Positions 11,001 through 19,832 of a stretch of DNA of 64,000 nucleotides are shown here, in pieces. The DNA lies in the IMG/VR virus record IMGVR_UViG_3300012984_000010; one strand, written 5' to 3'. A program made the translations under genes and the position numbers. Numbering within the stretch: position 1 is the first letter of the stretch; each line of letters begins with the position of its first letter. The DNA comes from a virus. Its lineage: Duplodnaviria; Caudoviricetes. The notes beneath the pieces were generated by a model. That model was not told the DNA's origin. It did not search any database and worked only from the letters and a program-made list of their open reading frames with translations.

Positions 11001-12339
11001 GGAGGAATTGGTTCGAAGACACCAAAGCAGGGATGACCGTCGTATCCACGACACGTGTGGCTTCCACCGAGAAGAGACGATCATCCACCAAGGTGGGGAG
11101 GATCTGAACCTCATTGAAGGGGGTAGTGCCACTGGTGTGTTGAGCCGAAGAAACAACGAAGCTGCTGCCCCAGTGGATGATCGACACGTCCGGGCTCGGA
11201 TTCGAGACCACGAAGTCTTGGCCTTGAATGTAGTCGTTACGACCTGCCGCGAAACCGCAACGGATCACGTCCGTCACCAGTGTGTTGGGCAAGTAGTCGA
11301 ATGTGTCCTGCCAGGTGTTGGCGAAGTAGGTCAATTTCACCGTCGACCCAGCTGCTGGAGCGAAAGGCAGGGTGACCAAACCGTTCGTACCGTCGACAGC
11401 CGACACCACCACTTGGACATTGTTGACCACCGCCACAACCTTAGTCGGGTCTGTGGTGGTGATACCGCCGTCCGTACCGTCTACGATTGGACGCTGAAAT
11501 ACGCGGAAGGTAGCGTTACGGTTCGTGTTCGTGTTGGGCGAGAAACCCAGCACACCGTTCGCGTTACCACCACCGATCGACAATGAGCGGGCAGCTGTGA
11601 AGGTGAGGTGGTCACGTCCCTGACCGTCAGTCGAAACCGACACAGCCAAGCCTGACACGGCCGCAGCATCGATCACACTCTTGAGGCCAACGGCTGTGTA
11701 GCTACCTGCCCCAAAGACCAACGTCTTGGGCGTACCATCTACCGAGAACACGAAAGTATCGGTCAAACCAGTCACAACCTGGAAAGGAGCGTAACCTGGT
11801 GTGGTCAATGACGCGGCTACTGTGGTTACCTGGTTCGACACATCATCCGTGAAACTCGTGTCCGAACGATGGAACCAATAGGTGCAACGAACGTTGTCTC
11901 CTGGTTGGGGCGGGATCTGGAGAAACACCGATCCACTTGCACCCTGAACCGACCCTACCGCTACTGGGACGCCGTTGATCGTCACCGAGAGGGTCTTGAT
12001 GTCGTTAGAGATCTTCCCAATCCCTTGCCCCGTCACAATGGGAGCGTTTCTGACGATGAACTGTGTTGATGTCCCATTCGCCAAACCCAAGATAGGGTGG
12101 TTGGGGTTCGAGTCATCCACAACGAAGCTGGCGCTCACATCCTCATTGATGATCTGCTGATCCAGTCCTGCGCTAGAACCACGCACCAATTCGTAATCGG
12201 ATTGAGTCAATTCCTCTTGACCCACCCCAACTTCCACTGGGATCTTAAGACCAACTACCAGATTTGCAGCATTGGCATCCGACAATGTACGGGTGTAGAC
12301 GCCAGGGGGAACGTAAGTTGAGTAGGGGCCGATCGCCAT
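8074..12339 (-). CDS. Contractile tail sheath protein with large insertions
   Basis: 1421 aa; N-terminal YVPPGVYTRT and C-terminal sheath core (IRIRQGLTT...LPTVTQIGDYVQQQ...FIGTKF...FEAWYQPIFPLLYIQMTF). Confidence 0.9.
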   Translation of the reverse strand: MAIGPYSTYVPPGVYTRTLSDANAANLVVGLKIPVEVGVGQEELTQSDYELVRGSSAGLDQQIINEDVSASFVVDDSNPNHPILGLANGTSTQFIVRNAPIVTGQGIGKISNDIKTLSVTINGVPVAVGSVQGASGSVFLQIPPQPGDNVRCTYWFHRSDTSFTDDVSNQVTTVAASLTTPGYAPFQVVTGLTDTFVFSVDGTPKTLVFGAGSYTAVGLKSVIDAAAVSGLAVSVSTDGQGRDHLTFTAARSLSIGGGNANGVLGFSPNTNTNRNATFRVFQRPIVDGTDGGITTTDPTKVVAVVNNVQVVVSAVDGTNGLVTLPFAPAAGSTVKLTYFANTWQDTFDYLPNTLVTDVIRCGFAAGRNDYIQGQDFVVSNPSPDVSIIHWGSSFVVSSAQHTSGTTPFNEVQILPTLVDDRLFSVEATRVVDTTVIPALVSSNQFLLPEVPTTGNGRDTPLGATVYGAVSNGRNGLDTNRPDLVTVHTGRDLVDALGRAAAVVTVVDGENRKITLKNPVPPDHKAYATFWYSRLTDDTFILTNKVTGPVGTGQFEVLDTTTGKNLYQVRFGTKSGLSEIVQWPRGSEQVTDGFHTGAGTPVAETVTVTFGSTLAENAIYTNLGAAPYSFFQTYSNNWRTTINGNALVTNLTTAVPAYLVSARTPTSGSNSITIPASPANVFNITVDGVNVAVTLTAGARTPTQIVGEINAAIDANGAFSGTAPNTLASFVQVNGTNGDVFFVIKSYTTPGALPGGFDNASTVAIRQGTVENVLGFSTFQSAQGTPTATNKPATMLGGIAGPFNITSGVNDVLTFRLNGIDYTTTLPAGAAVTASSVVTAINSTPGLTGVASAGTLGNLNKIRLTSTVADPSSSIVMLDGSANDVLGFLDDATASQTLVAASEVVDALNATSGFSARGVAYVSTINGSQYVTIESLTVGAATSSIVFVSGSASAFNPTTGTGIVPGTSGDNGADAQDKFTVSSNNASGSAGSGIPGQTYTDARTGLRFTVLPATDGSYTSSGFFTLEVSPTWKVNPAVPYLSLPGLETVVTDTVGIGVNDTATVNTFNPSGLEPAIGDFYFVTYNFRKQDFSTKLYQQFKTVEANFGPLSAENKVTLGAYLMILNGAVLVGIKQVLKVQNTNQASDQDFIEAISELSIPLPGNVKPDVLVPLTGSSTVFAALMQHCEIQSNERNQSERMGFVGFSSGTTPTTAQSVARSLLSKRMMAFYPDSAVITLSDQLGASYETLVDGSFIAAAIAGAACSPAVDVATPYTRRRIQGFTRIPRILDPITANQTAVAGITLLEDLDPLIRIRQGLTTDMSDILKRLPTVTQIGDYVQQQSRVALDSFIGTKFLASRTSEVEVSMTALFKQLVQAEIVGGWMGISATINPIDPTVMDFEAWYQPIFPLLYIQMTFYLRARI

Positions 12340-12450
12340 AAAGCCTCGAATTGATTAGGGTTTTTGTTTTTACATCATATCTAGGGGCGCTTTGGGTCTA
12401 AATCTCAATCTGGTTCTACCTAGAACGTGGAAACAAGAGGAGTAGTGAGG

Positions 12451-12870
12451 TCACTCGTCTTTTTGTTTGGCCTGAATGGTTCTCACCTCTTGAGCCAAAT
12501 TCTTACGACGTTCGATCAGTTCGGGAGTACCGCCCTCGTAATCGATGAAGTCTTTACCATTCTTTCGAATCAAAGCGTGGGTCCCCACCTGTTTCCTGAC
12601 CTTGGACTTGACCACTTCCCTAGCAGCTTGATCCTTCCACCTGGACTCAGCATCAACTCCTACCACCCTGTCAGCTGTTGGATAATCGTGCTTCGATACT
12701 CCTGAATTGGCAGGTGACTTGCCTCCTTTGGCGAAATCAAACCCAAAGGTTTCCCAAAGTCTAGGGGCCTCAGCTCCACAAGCAGGGCACTCATGAGTCG
12801 CATGGTCCCCCATCTTTAGGGTGCGGGTGAATTGTGTGCTACAGGCACATTCAAAACTGAACTTAGGCAT
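12451..12870 (-). CDS. FmdB-like zinc-ribbon protein
   Basis: MPKFSFECAC...HECPACG pattern. Confidence 0.65.
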   Translation of the reverse strand: MPKFSFECACSTQFTRTLKMGDHATHECPACGAEAPRLWETFGFDFAKGGKSPANSGVSKHDYPTADRVVGVDAESRWKDQAAREVVKSKVRKQVGTHALIRKNGKDFIDYEGGTPELIERRKNLAQEVRTIQAKQKDE

Positions 12871-14009
12871 CAGCCGATCCTCTCATAATCATCATCTCTT
12901 CTCTGAAGAATAGGGTGTGTTCTGAACAACACGTCGGAAGCAACAGGAGTGATACCTCCGGAATTAATCTTGCTAATCACCAATGGAAGCGGCACGTGCA
13001 CTTCCCAATCAGCTCTCAATTGCAGCGACATAGAGGCTTGGTAGAAGAAGTTCTCTCCCGTCTCATCTGCTATTTCCTCAGCCTCGCTGCCCATCGAGAC
13101 ATCTAAGATCTCGATTCCTTCGAATTCCAATTGACTCTTCTTGTCAGCCAACAGATACATGGTGGTCAGATCTGCGATCTCCTCCATCTGCATCGGATCC
13201 CTGGCAATCACATCGAAGTCAAAACTGACTTCGAACTTCCCGCCGTACGCCTCGGCAGCATCGATTCGATCCTGGTAGACCACCACCGCCACCTTCTGTT
13301 TTGGGGCGGACCTTTTCCCAAAAGCCAACACTACCCCTGGAAGAGTGGTCCAATTGGCTTGATTCCACTGAAACGCCACTGGCCCTATCGATTCTCCTGC
13401 CCACCTATAGTCCGCCGACACCTGTGTGTTGGCTGGCAAGATGGTGATGAAGGTAACCCTACCGGTATCGTAATCTACCGTATAGTCCAACCCCTCTTTG
13501 AGAAAGAAAGAGTTGTTGGCATAGAGCCGCAACGTATTCTGAAGCGGCAGGTTTTCCAATTGAGCGTCTACTGTCATGCCCGCTCTAGTGACGATCAAGG
13601 GACGATCGATTACCGTATACATAGGATCGATGACGAAGAAGCCGTCTTCACCGTTGACCGTAGGAGCAGTCAGGATCTCCATCAAATAGACCCCAGGAGG
13701 AGTGGGCATCCCCCCATTCTTGGTCACTACCCTAGAATCCTCTCTTACCCATTCCAAAGGATACTCAGGTTGCCCCACATAGGCCAACATTACATGGCTT
13801 TGAACAGTGCCCACGTAGTTGTCCGCCGCCAGCTGCACCTTATTGGTACTGGACCCCTTGATGACGATCCCGAATTGAGGACGTTCCTCAAACGAGAATC
13901 GGTTCTGAATGAACGGAACGATCTTGTTGTAGACAGGATGATTCGAAAAGCTGTCCTTCAGTTCAAGGATGACTCGCCGCTTCAGGGGTCCTACCAAGTT
14001 GTAGTACAC
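12870..14009 (-). CDS. Probable tail terminator/completion protein with beta-sandwich insert
   Basis: 379 aa between neck and sheath; EGLDYTVDYDTGRVTF insert; terminator-like SMSLQLRADWE C-terminus; largely synteny. Confidence 0.55.
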   Translation of the reverse strand: MYYNLVGPLKRRVILELKDSFSNHPVYNKIVPFIQNRFSFEERPQFGIVIKGSSTNKVQLAADNYVGTVQSHVMLAYVGQPEYPLEWVREDSRVVTKNGGMPTPPGVYLMEILTAPTVNGEDGFFVIDPMYTVIDRPLIVTRAGMTVDAQLENLPLQNTLRLYANNSFFLKEGLDYTVDYDTGRVTFITILPANTQVSADYRWAGESIGPVAFQWNQANWTTLPGVVLAFGKRSAPKQKVAVVVYQDRIDAAEAYGGKFEVSFDFDVIARDPMQMEEIADLTTMYLLADKKSQLEFEGIEILDVSMGSEAEEIADETGENFFYQASMSLQLRADWEVHVPLPLVISKINSGGITPVASDVLFRTHPILQRRDDDYERIG

Positions 14010-14023
14010 TGGCCCACTCTCCC

Positions 14024-15076
14024 TTACTTATCTGATTCGTGTTCTTCAGAGGCGAGTACCAGCATGCCCTCCGCCACAGCGGTCATCGGATCCTTGGCGA
14101 GACGGATCTCGCTAATCTGGATCGGGAAGCGCTTCTTGTGAGATTCGAACTCTTCCTTGAAAATATCGAGGAAGCCGCCCGCTTTGGTGGTGCCGCCAGA
14201 AACGACAAACGGAATTGGGTCTGGTAGAGCGATGTCGTTCTTCACCTTCTTGAACTGTGCCGCCACATTCTGAAGGGTGTAGTCAATCAGGCTCCTGACG
14301 TAGAGAACGATCGCTTGTTCTTCACGACCATTGGGTTTACGGAGGTCGATCCCCTTCTCTTTGATGGTGCACATCTGAGAAGCTGTCTTTCCAAGCGCCT
14401 TGGCCGATTGAGCGTCAATCCAGTCACCACCTCGCGCTAGAGCGAAATCCAAGGCCTTGTTGGCCTGGTAGGACAGGGCAATGTTCGCCATACCCGCACC
14501 GAAACTGACCGCCAAGCCGGAGAAGTTCTCCTCGGCACACTGGCTGTAGATGATTGCCATGGCTTCATTCATCGGATGGGCGTGGTAGCCGAAGTCTCGG
14601 ACGATCTTACGGAAGACTTCTGTGTGGAAAATCACGTCCTGAGAGGGGTCGTCGATCGGGGCCGCTGGCACGCTGTAGAAGCAGTGCTCACCGTCTTCCT
14701 GGGGATCGCCCAGCACTTGATTGATCAGCAGCCCCAACACCTCTTGAGCGTCGATTTCGCCAGCGGCAATCAAGCCTCGGCTGAGGGGCCGTCGAGCCTC
14801 ACGCTTGAACAGATTGGCCATCGTCAATGCCGAATCACCCAGCACCAACAAGGCTCCATCTGTCTCACGTTCCACGTAGTCGACTTTGGACATTTTCAAG
14901 CTACGCTTTGCAGCTAGTTCTAAGTCCAAAAAGGCGTCACGCACTCGCTTGGTCACCACGCCACCATCTTTCGATCTGGCGGAAACGATGTTCATGGTAC
15001 CAATGTCCAGACCGACACCTAGACTGACAGATTTACCTTCATCTTTTTTCATGTGTTTTACCTTTGGTTTTTTCAA
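14024..15076 (-). CDS. Actin-like ATPase (MreB/ParM superfamily); ATG at 15052 is a likely alternative start
   Basis: Phosphate-1 GLDIGT, connect-1 PMNEAMA, phosphate-2 VSFGAGMANIA, adenosine VVSGGT, connect-2 DPMTAVAEG in canonical order. Confidence 0.85.
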   Translation of the reverse strand: MKKPKVKHMKKDEGKSVSLGVGLDIGTMNIVSARSKDGGVVTKRVRDAFLDLELAAKRSLKMSKVDYVERETDGALLVLGDSALTMANLFKREARRPLSRGLIAAGEIDAQEVLGLLINQVLGDPQEDGEHCFYSVPAAPIDDPSQDVIFHTEVFRKIVRDFGYHAHPMNEAMAIIYSQCAEENFSGLAVSFGAGMANIALSYQANKALDFALARGGDWIDAQSAKALGKTASQMCTIKEKGIDLRKPNGREEQAIVLYVRSLIDYTLQNVAAQFKKVKNDIALPDPIPFVVSGGTTKAGGFLDIFKEEFESHKKRFPIQISEIRLAKDPMTAVAEGMLVLASEEHESDK

Positions 15077-15720
15077 CGGAAATCGTAGGTCTCCGTTTGA
15101 GAACGTTGCTTGAGCAGATAGACGAAGGTCTCGTGCTTATCTGCAATGTCTTCCAACAGTTTGCTGATACCGTGACTCAGAGTACCGGCTGCCTTCATGG
15201 TGGCAATCAGTTGAGAAATGGCAGTCACACACGTGGCCTCGGCCCCCAGACTGATGCGAACCATGTCCTCGGGAGATTTGACCGGTCCCAACGCAACCAA
15301 CAAGTCCGCCATAACGGTCGCTTGTTCGAATGCAGTGATGGTGGTTGAATCTCCCGACCCAATGATCCGTTCAGCCAATTGGTCAATAAGTTCGAGAGAC
15401 TCGTTGTAGAGTCTCTCGAAAAGCAAGTGGTCCCCACTGAAGCTAACCCCTGAGGTGCTCCAGTGATGAGTTTGATGAAGCAAAGCCAACGCCTGAAGCA
15501 TGGCCAACATCGAAAGCATCGTCCCCCCACCAGCCATCTTGACCGCCGAGGTCCTGACGATCTGTTTGACTTCGAGTCTTTGATCCTTACCAAGCTTTAC
15601 AGCCTCATAGGATTTTGGCAGATAGGGAGGGCCGTGCCGCAAATGATCGAATTGCGTAGGTTCGTGCCAGACTACACGAATGTTCTCCTGATGGGGGTCT
15701 TGTGCAATTCGCTTCAGCAT
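15073..15720 (-). CDS. dps: Dps/ferritin-like protein with N-terminal extension
   Basis: HHWSTSGVSFSGDHLLFERLY...IDQLAERI and HETFVYLL match the Dps bundle and ferroxidase ligands. Confidence 0.8.
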   Translation of the reverse strand: MLKRIAQDPHQENIRVVWHEPTQFDHLRHGPPYLPKSYEAVKLGKDQRLEVKQIVRTSAVKMAGGGTMLSMLAMLQALALLHQTHHWSTSGVSFSGDHLLFERLYNESLELIDQLAERIIGSGDSTTITAFEQATVMADLLVALGPVKSPEDMVRISLGAEATCVTAISQLIATMKAAGTLSHGISKLLEDIADKHETFVYLLKQRSQTETYDFR

Positions 15721-15755
15721 AGGCTTACCCTAGGCTGATCGAATCAAAAGAAGAA

Positions 15756-16358
15756 TCACTTCTTCTTGCCGCCACCACGTAGTTGACGGAGCTTAGAAGC
15801 TGGTCCAGAGACATCCCCATCACTAACTTGCTCAGTGATTTGGATTCTGGCCTCCCCCAAGTCCTGACTCAGGTCTGGGAGAAACATGGGGGCCTCCCCA
15901 CCCACCGCTTCGCTTACTGGACCAGTATTCTGACTTGCCGGCACATAACCCCCAGGTCCAGATACTTGTTGCACAATAGTCGTGGTTGGGGCGGCTTCTA
16001 TGCGCCCCAAAGCAGACAGGACGTTGGTCATCTGTTGCTGGAGATTGGCCATCCCCGAATGTAGGTCTGAGTTGACCTTATTGGCCCGTTCCAGAGCCTC
16101 TTTGAGGCGAGCGTTCTCTAGTTCCAGCTGGGCCATTCTCTCAATATCCACGGCAGACTCCACTGGTTGACGTACGGTCACCGTGTCTAGTTTAAAAACG
16201 ATCCCAGAATTGATGGCTCGATGAAGGTCTCTCGATCTGAGGTAGTCCTCCATCTTTATGAAGATCTGCTCTCGATGGGGGATATCGACCTTGATGTCTG
16301 GTACAAAGTGCCCACCCATAGTCAGACACACGACTGAAACTCCGCCTGAATCGCTCAT
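15756..16358 (-). CDS. Hypothetical coiled-coil protein
   Basis: 200 aa, central heptad region LELENARLKEALE. Confidence 0.65.
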   Translation of the reverse strand: MSDSGGVSVVCLTMGGHFVPDIKVDIPHREQIFIKMEDYLRSRDLHRAINSGIVFKLDTVTVRQPVESAVDIERMAQLELENARLKEALERANKVNSDLHSGMANLQQQMTNVLSALGRIEAAPTTTIVQQVSGPGGYVPASQNTGPVSEAVGGEAPMFLPDLSQDLGEARIQITEQVSDGDVSGPASKLRQLRGGGKKK

Positions 16359-16359
16359 T

Positions 16360-16857
16360 TTATCTCTTTAGGGTATCTTGTAGGGTTTTCTGGAGCGCTC
16401 TCACCAGACGTCTCTTGATGACGGTTCGAGCAGCATCTCTCGCTTTGTCGATAATATGGGTAGATTCTCGTCGAGGGTGATACCATCGACCCCTAGCCAT
16501 CGATCTGGGGGTGGCGGACCTAAAGATCAGTTCTCCTGTATCGAGGATGATTGGAATGGGCCGCCTAGCCTTGGTCAGCCAAGTCATTTGTTCCCTCTTG
16601 CGCCCCTCCAACAAGGGGAAGAAAGCGGGGTGAGTGGCGGTCACTATGAGGCTGCTCTCGTAGATTCTGGTCTTCAGACCCTTCTTCAAAGCCCTCTTGG
16701 CTCTAGGGGAAAAGGCGTATTCCTCAATCTCTCGTCGTATTTCTTCGAGGATTTGACGTTGAAGGGACTTCAATACCTTCTTGGGCTCAAACTTATCGAG
16801 TGCTCCTTTGGGTACCAAGGGCTTGTAATTGATACGTATTTTGGGTAGAGCGATCAT
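16360..16857 (-). CDS. Probable neck/tail-completion protein (HK97 gp10-like)
   Basis: 165 aa, very basic, coupled to the neck gene; synteny. Confidence 0.45.
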   Translation of the reverse strand: MIALPKIRINYKPLVPKGALDKFEPKKVLKSLQRQILEEIRREIEEYAFSPRAKRALKKGLKTRIYESSLIVTATHPAFFPLLEGRKREQMTWLTKARRPIPIILDTGELIFRSATPRSMARGRWYHPRRESTHIIDKARDAARTVIKRRLVRALQKTLQDTLKR

Positions 16858-18212
16858 CAGTAAACGATGTTAACCCATGTTTTGGTGCGGCCTTTTAGTT
16901 CCCGTTCATCCGGAATCTCAGGCTTATCAGTGATCTGAGCGGGAGAGTTTAGAGGAGGCACCAGTTCAGCCGCCTGGTTGGGCAAGAAGCGATTCGGCCC
17001 GTCAATCGGAACTCTGTACTGGATCATCTTCTCGTCCAGATGACCTATGTTGAAATGTTGTTGTAGCAACATACCTCGGTTGGAGGGCATCCTGACTGGA
17101 CCTATACTGTATCGCTCACCGTTGATCTTGACGATGAAGTCTCGCTGAGAAAGCAACGGACTGGATGTCGTCCAGACCTCGTACGAGTGCTCTACTGTGC
17201 GGCCTGTGTCTCGCTGACCTATCTTCCGTTCCGCATCGTCAGGGGCGAGGATGATGTCGTACGGCCCTTCATACCCGCCTATGACGCCCACCCCATAGCA
17301 GATGGTACAGTCACTTACAGGTTGGTGATGGGTGAGGGTATTGAAGCAAGGGCAAACAGGCCCAACCTGCTTCCGAATGAAAACTTTGACCCGCTCCCCA
17401 CCCTGGTCAAGAATCCACCGATTCCGACGAACCGCTTCCCGCCACACCCAATCCACCTTCTCTAATTCGAAGGTGCTGGTGAGAGTGGCTCGGGCAAGTT
17501 GCGTCTCCAACAGCTCATGAGGATCTGCTGGGCCAGCAAGTGTGCTAAGCATCGTCCCCACGGTGGTGACACGATAGAAGATACGCTGACTCAGGTCTGT
17601 TCTAACGAAAGACCTGTTGTACCGATAGGAGACCGTCACCACACTGTCAGGGCCTGGAACGATCCCAGGGTCCATCAGCTGAGTGGTGACGTTTGGATAG
17701 GGATTGGGGTCTATCTCCACCTCCCACGTCTCACCCGTCACTCGGGCCACTCGGGCCACCATCCCATCAATTCTCACCTCAACGTCAGAGGGTGTGTTGG
17801 CGGGGATGTTTTGAGAACCCTCCTTGACGATCGGGCCAAAACTAGTCCTAAAGACGTATCGAGGAGCGTTTCTTTGCGCGGCTACCGCATCCCCAAACAT
17901 TACCCAATCGGTAACCTGCTCATCCTGAACCAACACATTGTTGGTCTGATCTCGCCAAAACGTGCCGCCCAGAGGATAGGGGTTGATCCTATCGTAGGGG
18001 CCAAATTCGGAGTCAAAGCTCCGATAAATGTTGACCCCACAGATCTGGAAATTACTGTTGACCGAAAGTTGGGAAGGGTCCGTCCAAGATAGGTCTACCA
18101 CCCCCGGCTGATACCCACTCGTCATGAAAAGGTTGAGAGGTGCCGCGGGTTCAGCAACTTTCACCAATTCGAGTGTAGGCGGATCGCGGTCTCGATTTGA
18201 AGCGTAAGGCAT
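16857..18212 (-). CDS. Neck/head-closure protein with N-terminal Fn3-like domain and Zn-finger (start revised to ATG 18212)
   Basis: VDLSWTDP...GVNIYRS (Fn3-like); RWILDQGGERVKVF...CPCF...CTICYGVGVIGGY; SD GAGG precedes 18212. Confidence 0.6.
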   Translation of the reverse strand: MPYASNRDRDPPTLELVKVAEPAAPLNLFMTSGYQPGVVDLSWTDPSQLSVNSNFQICGVNIYRSFDSEFGPYDRINPYPLGGTFWRDQTNNVLVQDEQVTDWVMFGDAVAAQRNAPRYVFRTSFGPIVKEGSQNIPANTPSDVEVRIDGMVARVARVTGETWEVEIDPNPYPNVTTQLMDPGIVPGPDSVVTVSYRYNRSFVRTDLSQRIFYRVTTVGTMLSTLAGPADPHELLETQLARATLTSTFELEKVDWVWREAVRRNRWILDQGGERVKVFIRKQVGPVCPCFNTLTHHQPVSDCTICYGVGVIGGYEGPYDIILAPDDAERKIGQRDTGRTVEHSYEVWTTSSPLLSQRDFIVKINGERYSIGPVRMPSNRGMLLQQHFNIGHLDEKMIQYRVPIDGPNRFLPNQAAELVPPLNSPAQITDKPEIPDERELKGRTKTWVNIVY

Positions 18213-18241
18213 GGCTGAATGGCACCTCTCCATTCAGCCAT
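18211..18241 (-). promoter_or_regulatory. Perfect 12-bp hairpin covering the RBS and start codon of the neck gene
   Basis: ATGGCTGAATGG-AGAGGTG-CCATTCAGCCAT; SD in the loop, AUG at the stem base. Confidence 0.65.
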
Positions 18242-18253
18242 CTGATAAAAAAA

Positions 18254-18544
18254 TCAGGTCTTCGGGGGACTAGCGGTCGTCTGAATCACCAACAGTTTGC
18301 CAGTCTTGGCATCTATCTCGGCAATCGTATTGCTGCTCAGCCCACGATCAATCAAGCATTTCTCGAAAAGTCGAGTGCGTTGATCGTCAACCTTTCGGGC
18401 CGCCGCCAACAACTGGATCCGTTCTTGCTCCAGCGACAGCAAGTTGTCGGCAATCCCTGCTCTAGCCTCCTGCAAACTACGCAATTCCTCCAAAGTAGAA
18501 GGTTCTACAGGGTCCTCTGTCGTCAGATTCTTCTTAGTTGTCAT
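18254..18544 (-). CDS. Small coiled-coil hypothetical protein
   Basis: 96 aa, helical, operonic. Confidence 0.65.
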   Translation of the reverse strand: MTTKKNLTTEDPVEPSTLEELRSLQEARAGIADNLLSLEQERIQLLAAARKVDDQRTRLFEKCLIDRGLSSNTIAEIDAKTGKLLVIQTTASPPKT

Positions 18545-18824
18545 AGGCTCTCTTTGATTTGAGGCGGCCGTCCGAGTATTGTTTGTTCAGTTCTCGCAAA
18601 CAATCCTCGAACAGGCCTTGAGGTATACCATGTTTCTCAATGAGGCGCCGACGATTGCGGTCCTCACCTTCATTTGGGCAAACCTGTACATGGCGATAGT
18701 GGCGCCGCTTACATATTTCACACTGACCCAATTGATCCTGCCACACAGTGCAGTCCTTGTGGTGAGCTGCCAACACTCTAAAAGAGGAGAACACCTGACC
18801 ACAAGCACACGTCTTGATGTCCAT
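18534..18824 (-). CDS. Small zinc-finger protein
   Basis: CACGQVFSSFRVLAAHHKDC (C2H2-like) and CEICKRRHYRHVQVC. Confidence 0.6.
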   Translation of the reverse strand: MDIKTCACGQVFSSFRVLAAHHKDCTVWQDQLGQCEICKRRHYRHVQVCPNEGEDRNRRRLIEKHGIPQGLFEDCLRELNKQYSDGRLKSKRAYDN

Positions 18825-18903
18825 GGCCGGTAACTTACACCAGCCCCACCTCAGCTAGAAGGCATTCGCCTTATGAAGCGAATTACATCTAAAGTGTAAT
18901 AGT

Positions 18904-19794
18904 TCAGAATCCGACGAACTTTCGTGGGCTCAACACACCTGATCCCACATACGGCCCAAACGAGCTCCGAATACCGATCCCGTATCGGGGCTGCTGCAAA
19001 CCTTTGATGATCTTGACCGTCGCCTTAGCTTTCTCAAGTTGGCTGTCAAAGGAGTCTTTGACATCCTGGGAGAGTTGTTGGTATTTGGACGATTTCTCCA
19101 GATCTAGAGAGATTCCTCCAATACTGTAGCCAAACTCATCTGCCACCCAATTGATCGCAACTGCCCGCAAGGCGTACATCATCGCCCCATTGATCACCAA
19201 GGTTCGCCAGTCAGGGTAGTCTCGAAACAGGGCGTCAAAAGAAGGAATGGGGGTACGGGGAGGGGCAGCCGACACCATGTCGAGAGAGCGGAGCAAGTAT
19301 TCAGCCAGTTCCTCATCTTCCCAAATGTAGCCGAACACTCGATTTAACTGAGTGATCGTCTCCTCATGGGCAGGCGGTCGAAAGTGGTAATTTCGGTCAG
19401 GGTTGTTGTCCCTGAGAAGGATCCGAAGACTCCTCACCAACGCGATCTCTGAACAGGGGACGATCACCATCGGTCCGGCCGCCCCGTCGATGACGTTGAA
19501 TTCTTGCACCACCTGATGAATCTTACCCCCCGCCACTTCCCTGAATACCCAGCGAATTCGGTAATCTCCGATACGAGCGTCTTTGGGGATCACGATACTG
19601 GCATAGTAATGTCCGACCGAATCGTTGGCCGGATCTCTGCGGGGTACTCCCAGCAACACTTCTTTGCCAGTGGTCAGGTCGTATAGAGCGTAGGATATTT
19701 CAGCCGCATTGATAGGGTAGTCCGACGCATTTGCTAGGCAAATGTCAAGGTCCTTGGAACCCAATTGCTGACCCTTGTAAAATGCTACCGACAT
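18904..19794 (-). CDS. Probable head-tail adaptor (neck) with N-terminal Ig-like domain
   Basis: 296 aa; helical C-half ending YSIGGISLDLEKSSKYQQL typical of adaptor/neck proteins; SD AAGGAG. Confidence 0.6.
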   Translation of the reverse strand: MSVAFYKGQQLGSKDLDICLANASDYPINAAEISYALYDLTTGKEVLLGVPRRDPANDSVGHYYASIVIPKDARIGDYRIRWVFREVAGGKIHQVVQEFNVIDGAAGPMVIVPCSEIALVRSLRILLRDNNPDRNYHFRPPAHEETITQLNRVFGYIWEDEELAEYLLRSLDMVSAAPPRTPIPSFDALFRDYPDWRTLVINGAMMYALRAVAINWVADEFGYSIGGISLDLEKSSKYQQLSQDVKDSFDSQLEKAKATVKIIKGLQQPRYGIGIRSSFGPYVGSGVLSPRKFVGF

Positions 19795-19832
19795 CTCTAC
19801 TCCTTAAGACCACCTAATCAATGAAAGCGCCA

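Noticed and set aside
1486-12339. Bacterial eCIS or tailocin locus
   Set aside because: Terminase, portal, protease and capsid are present, so this is a phage genome.
13131-14141. 336-aa plus-strand ORF, plus similar long plus-strand ORFs (59052..59894, 44213..45052, 26581..27267)
   Set aside because: Antisense to well-supported genes, with no motifs or RBS; shadow ORFs.
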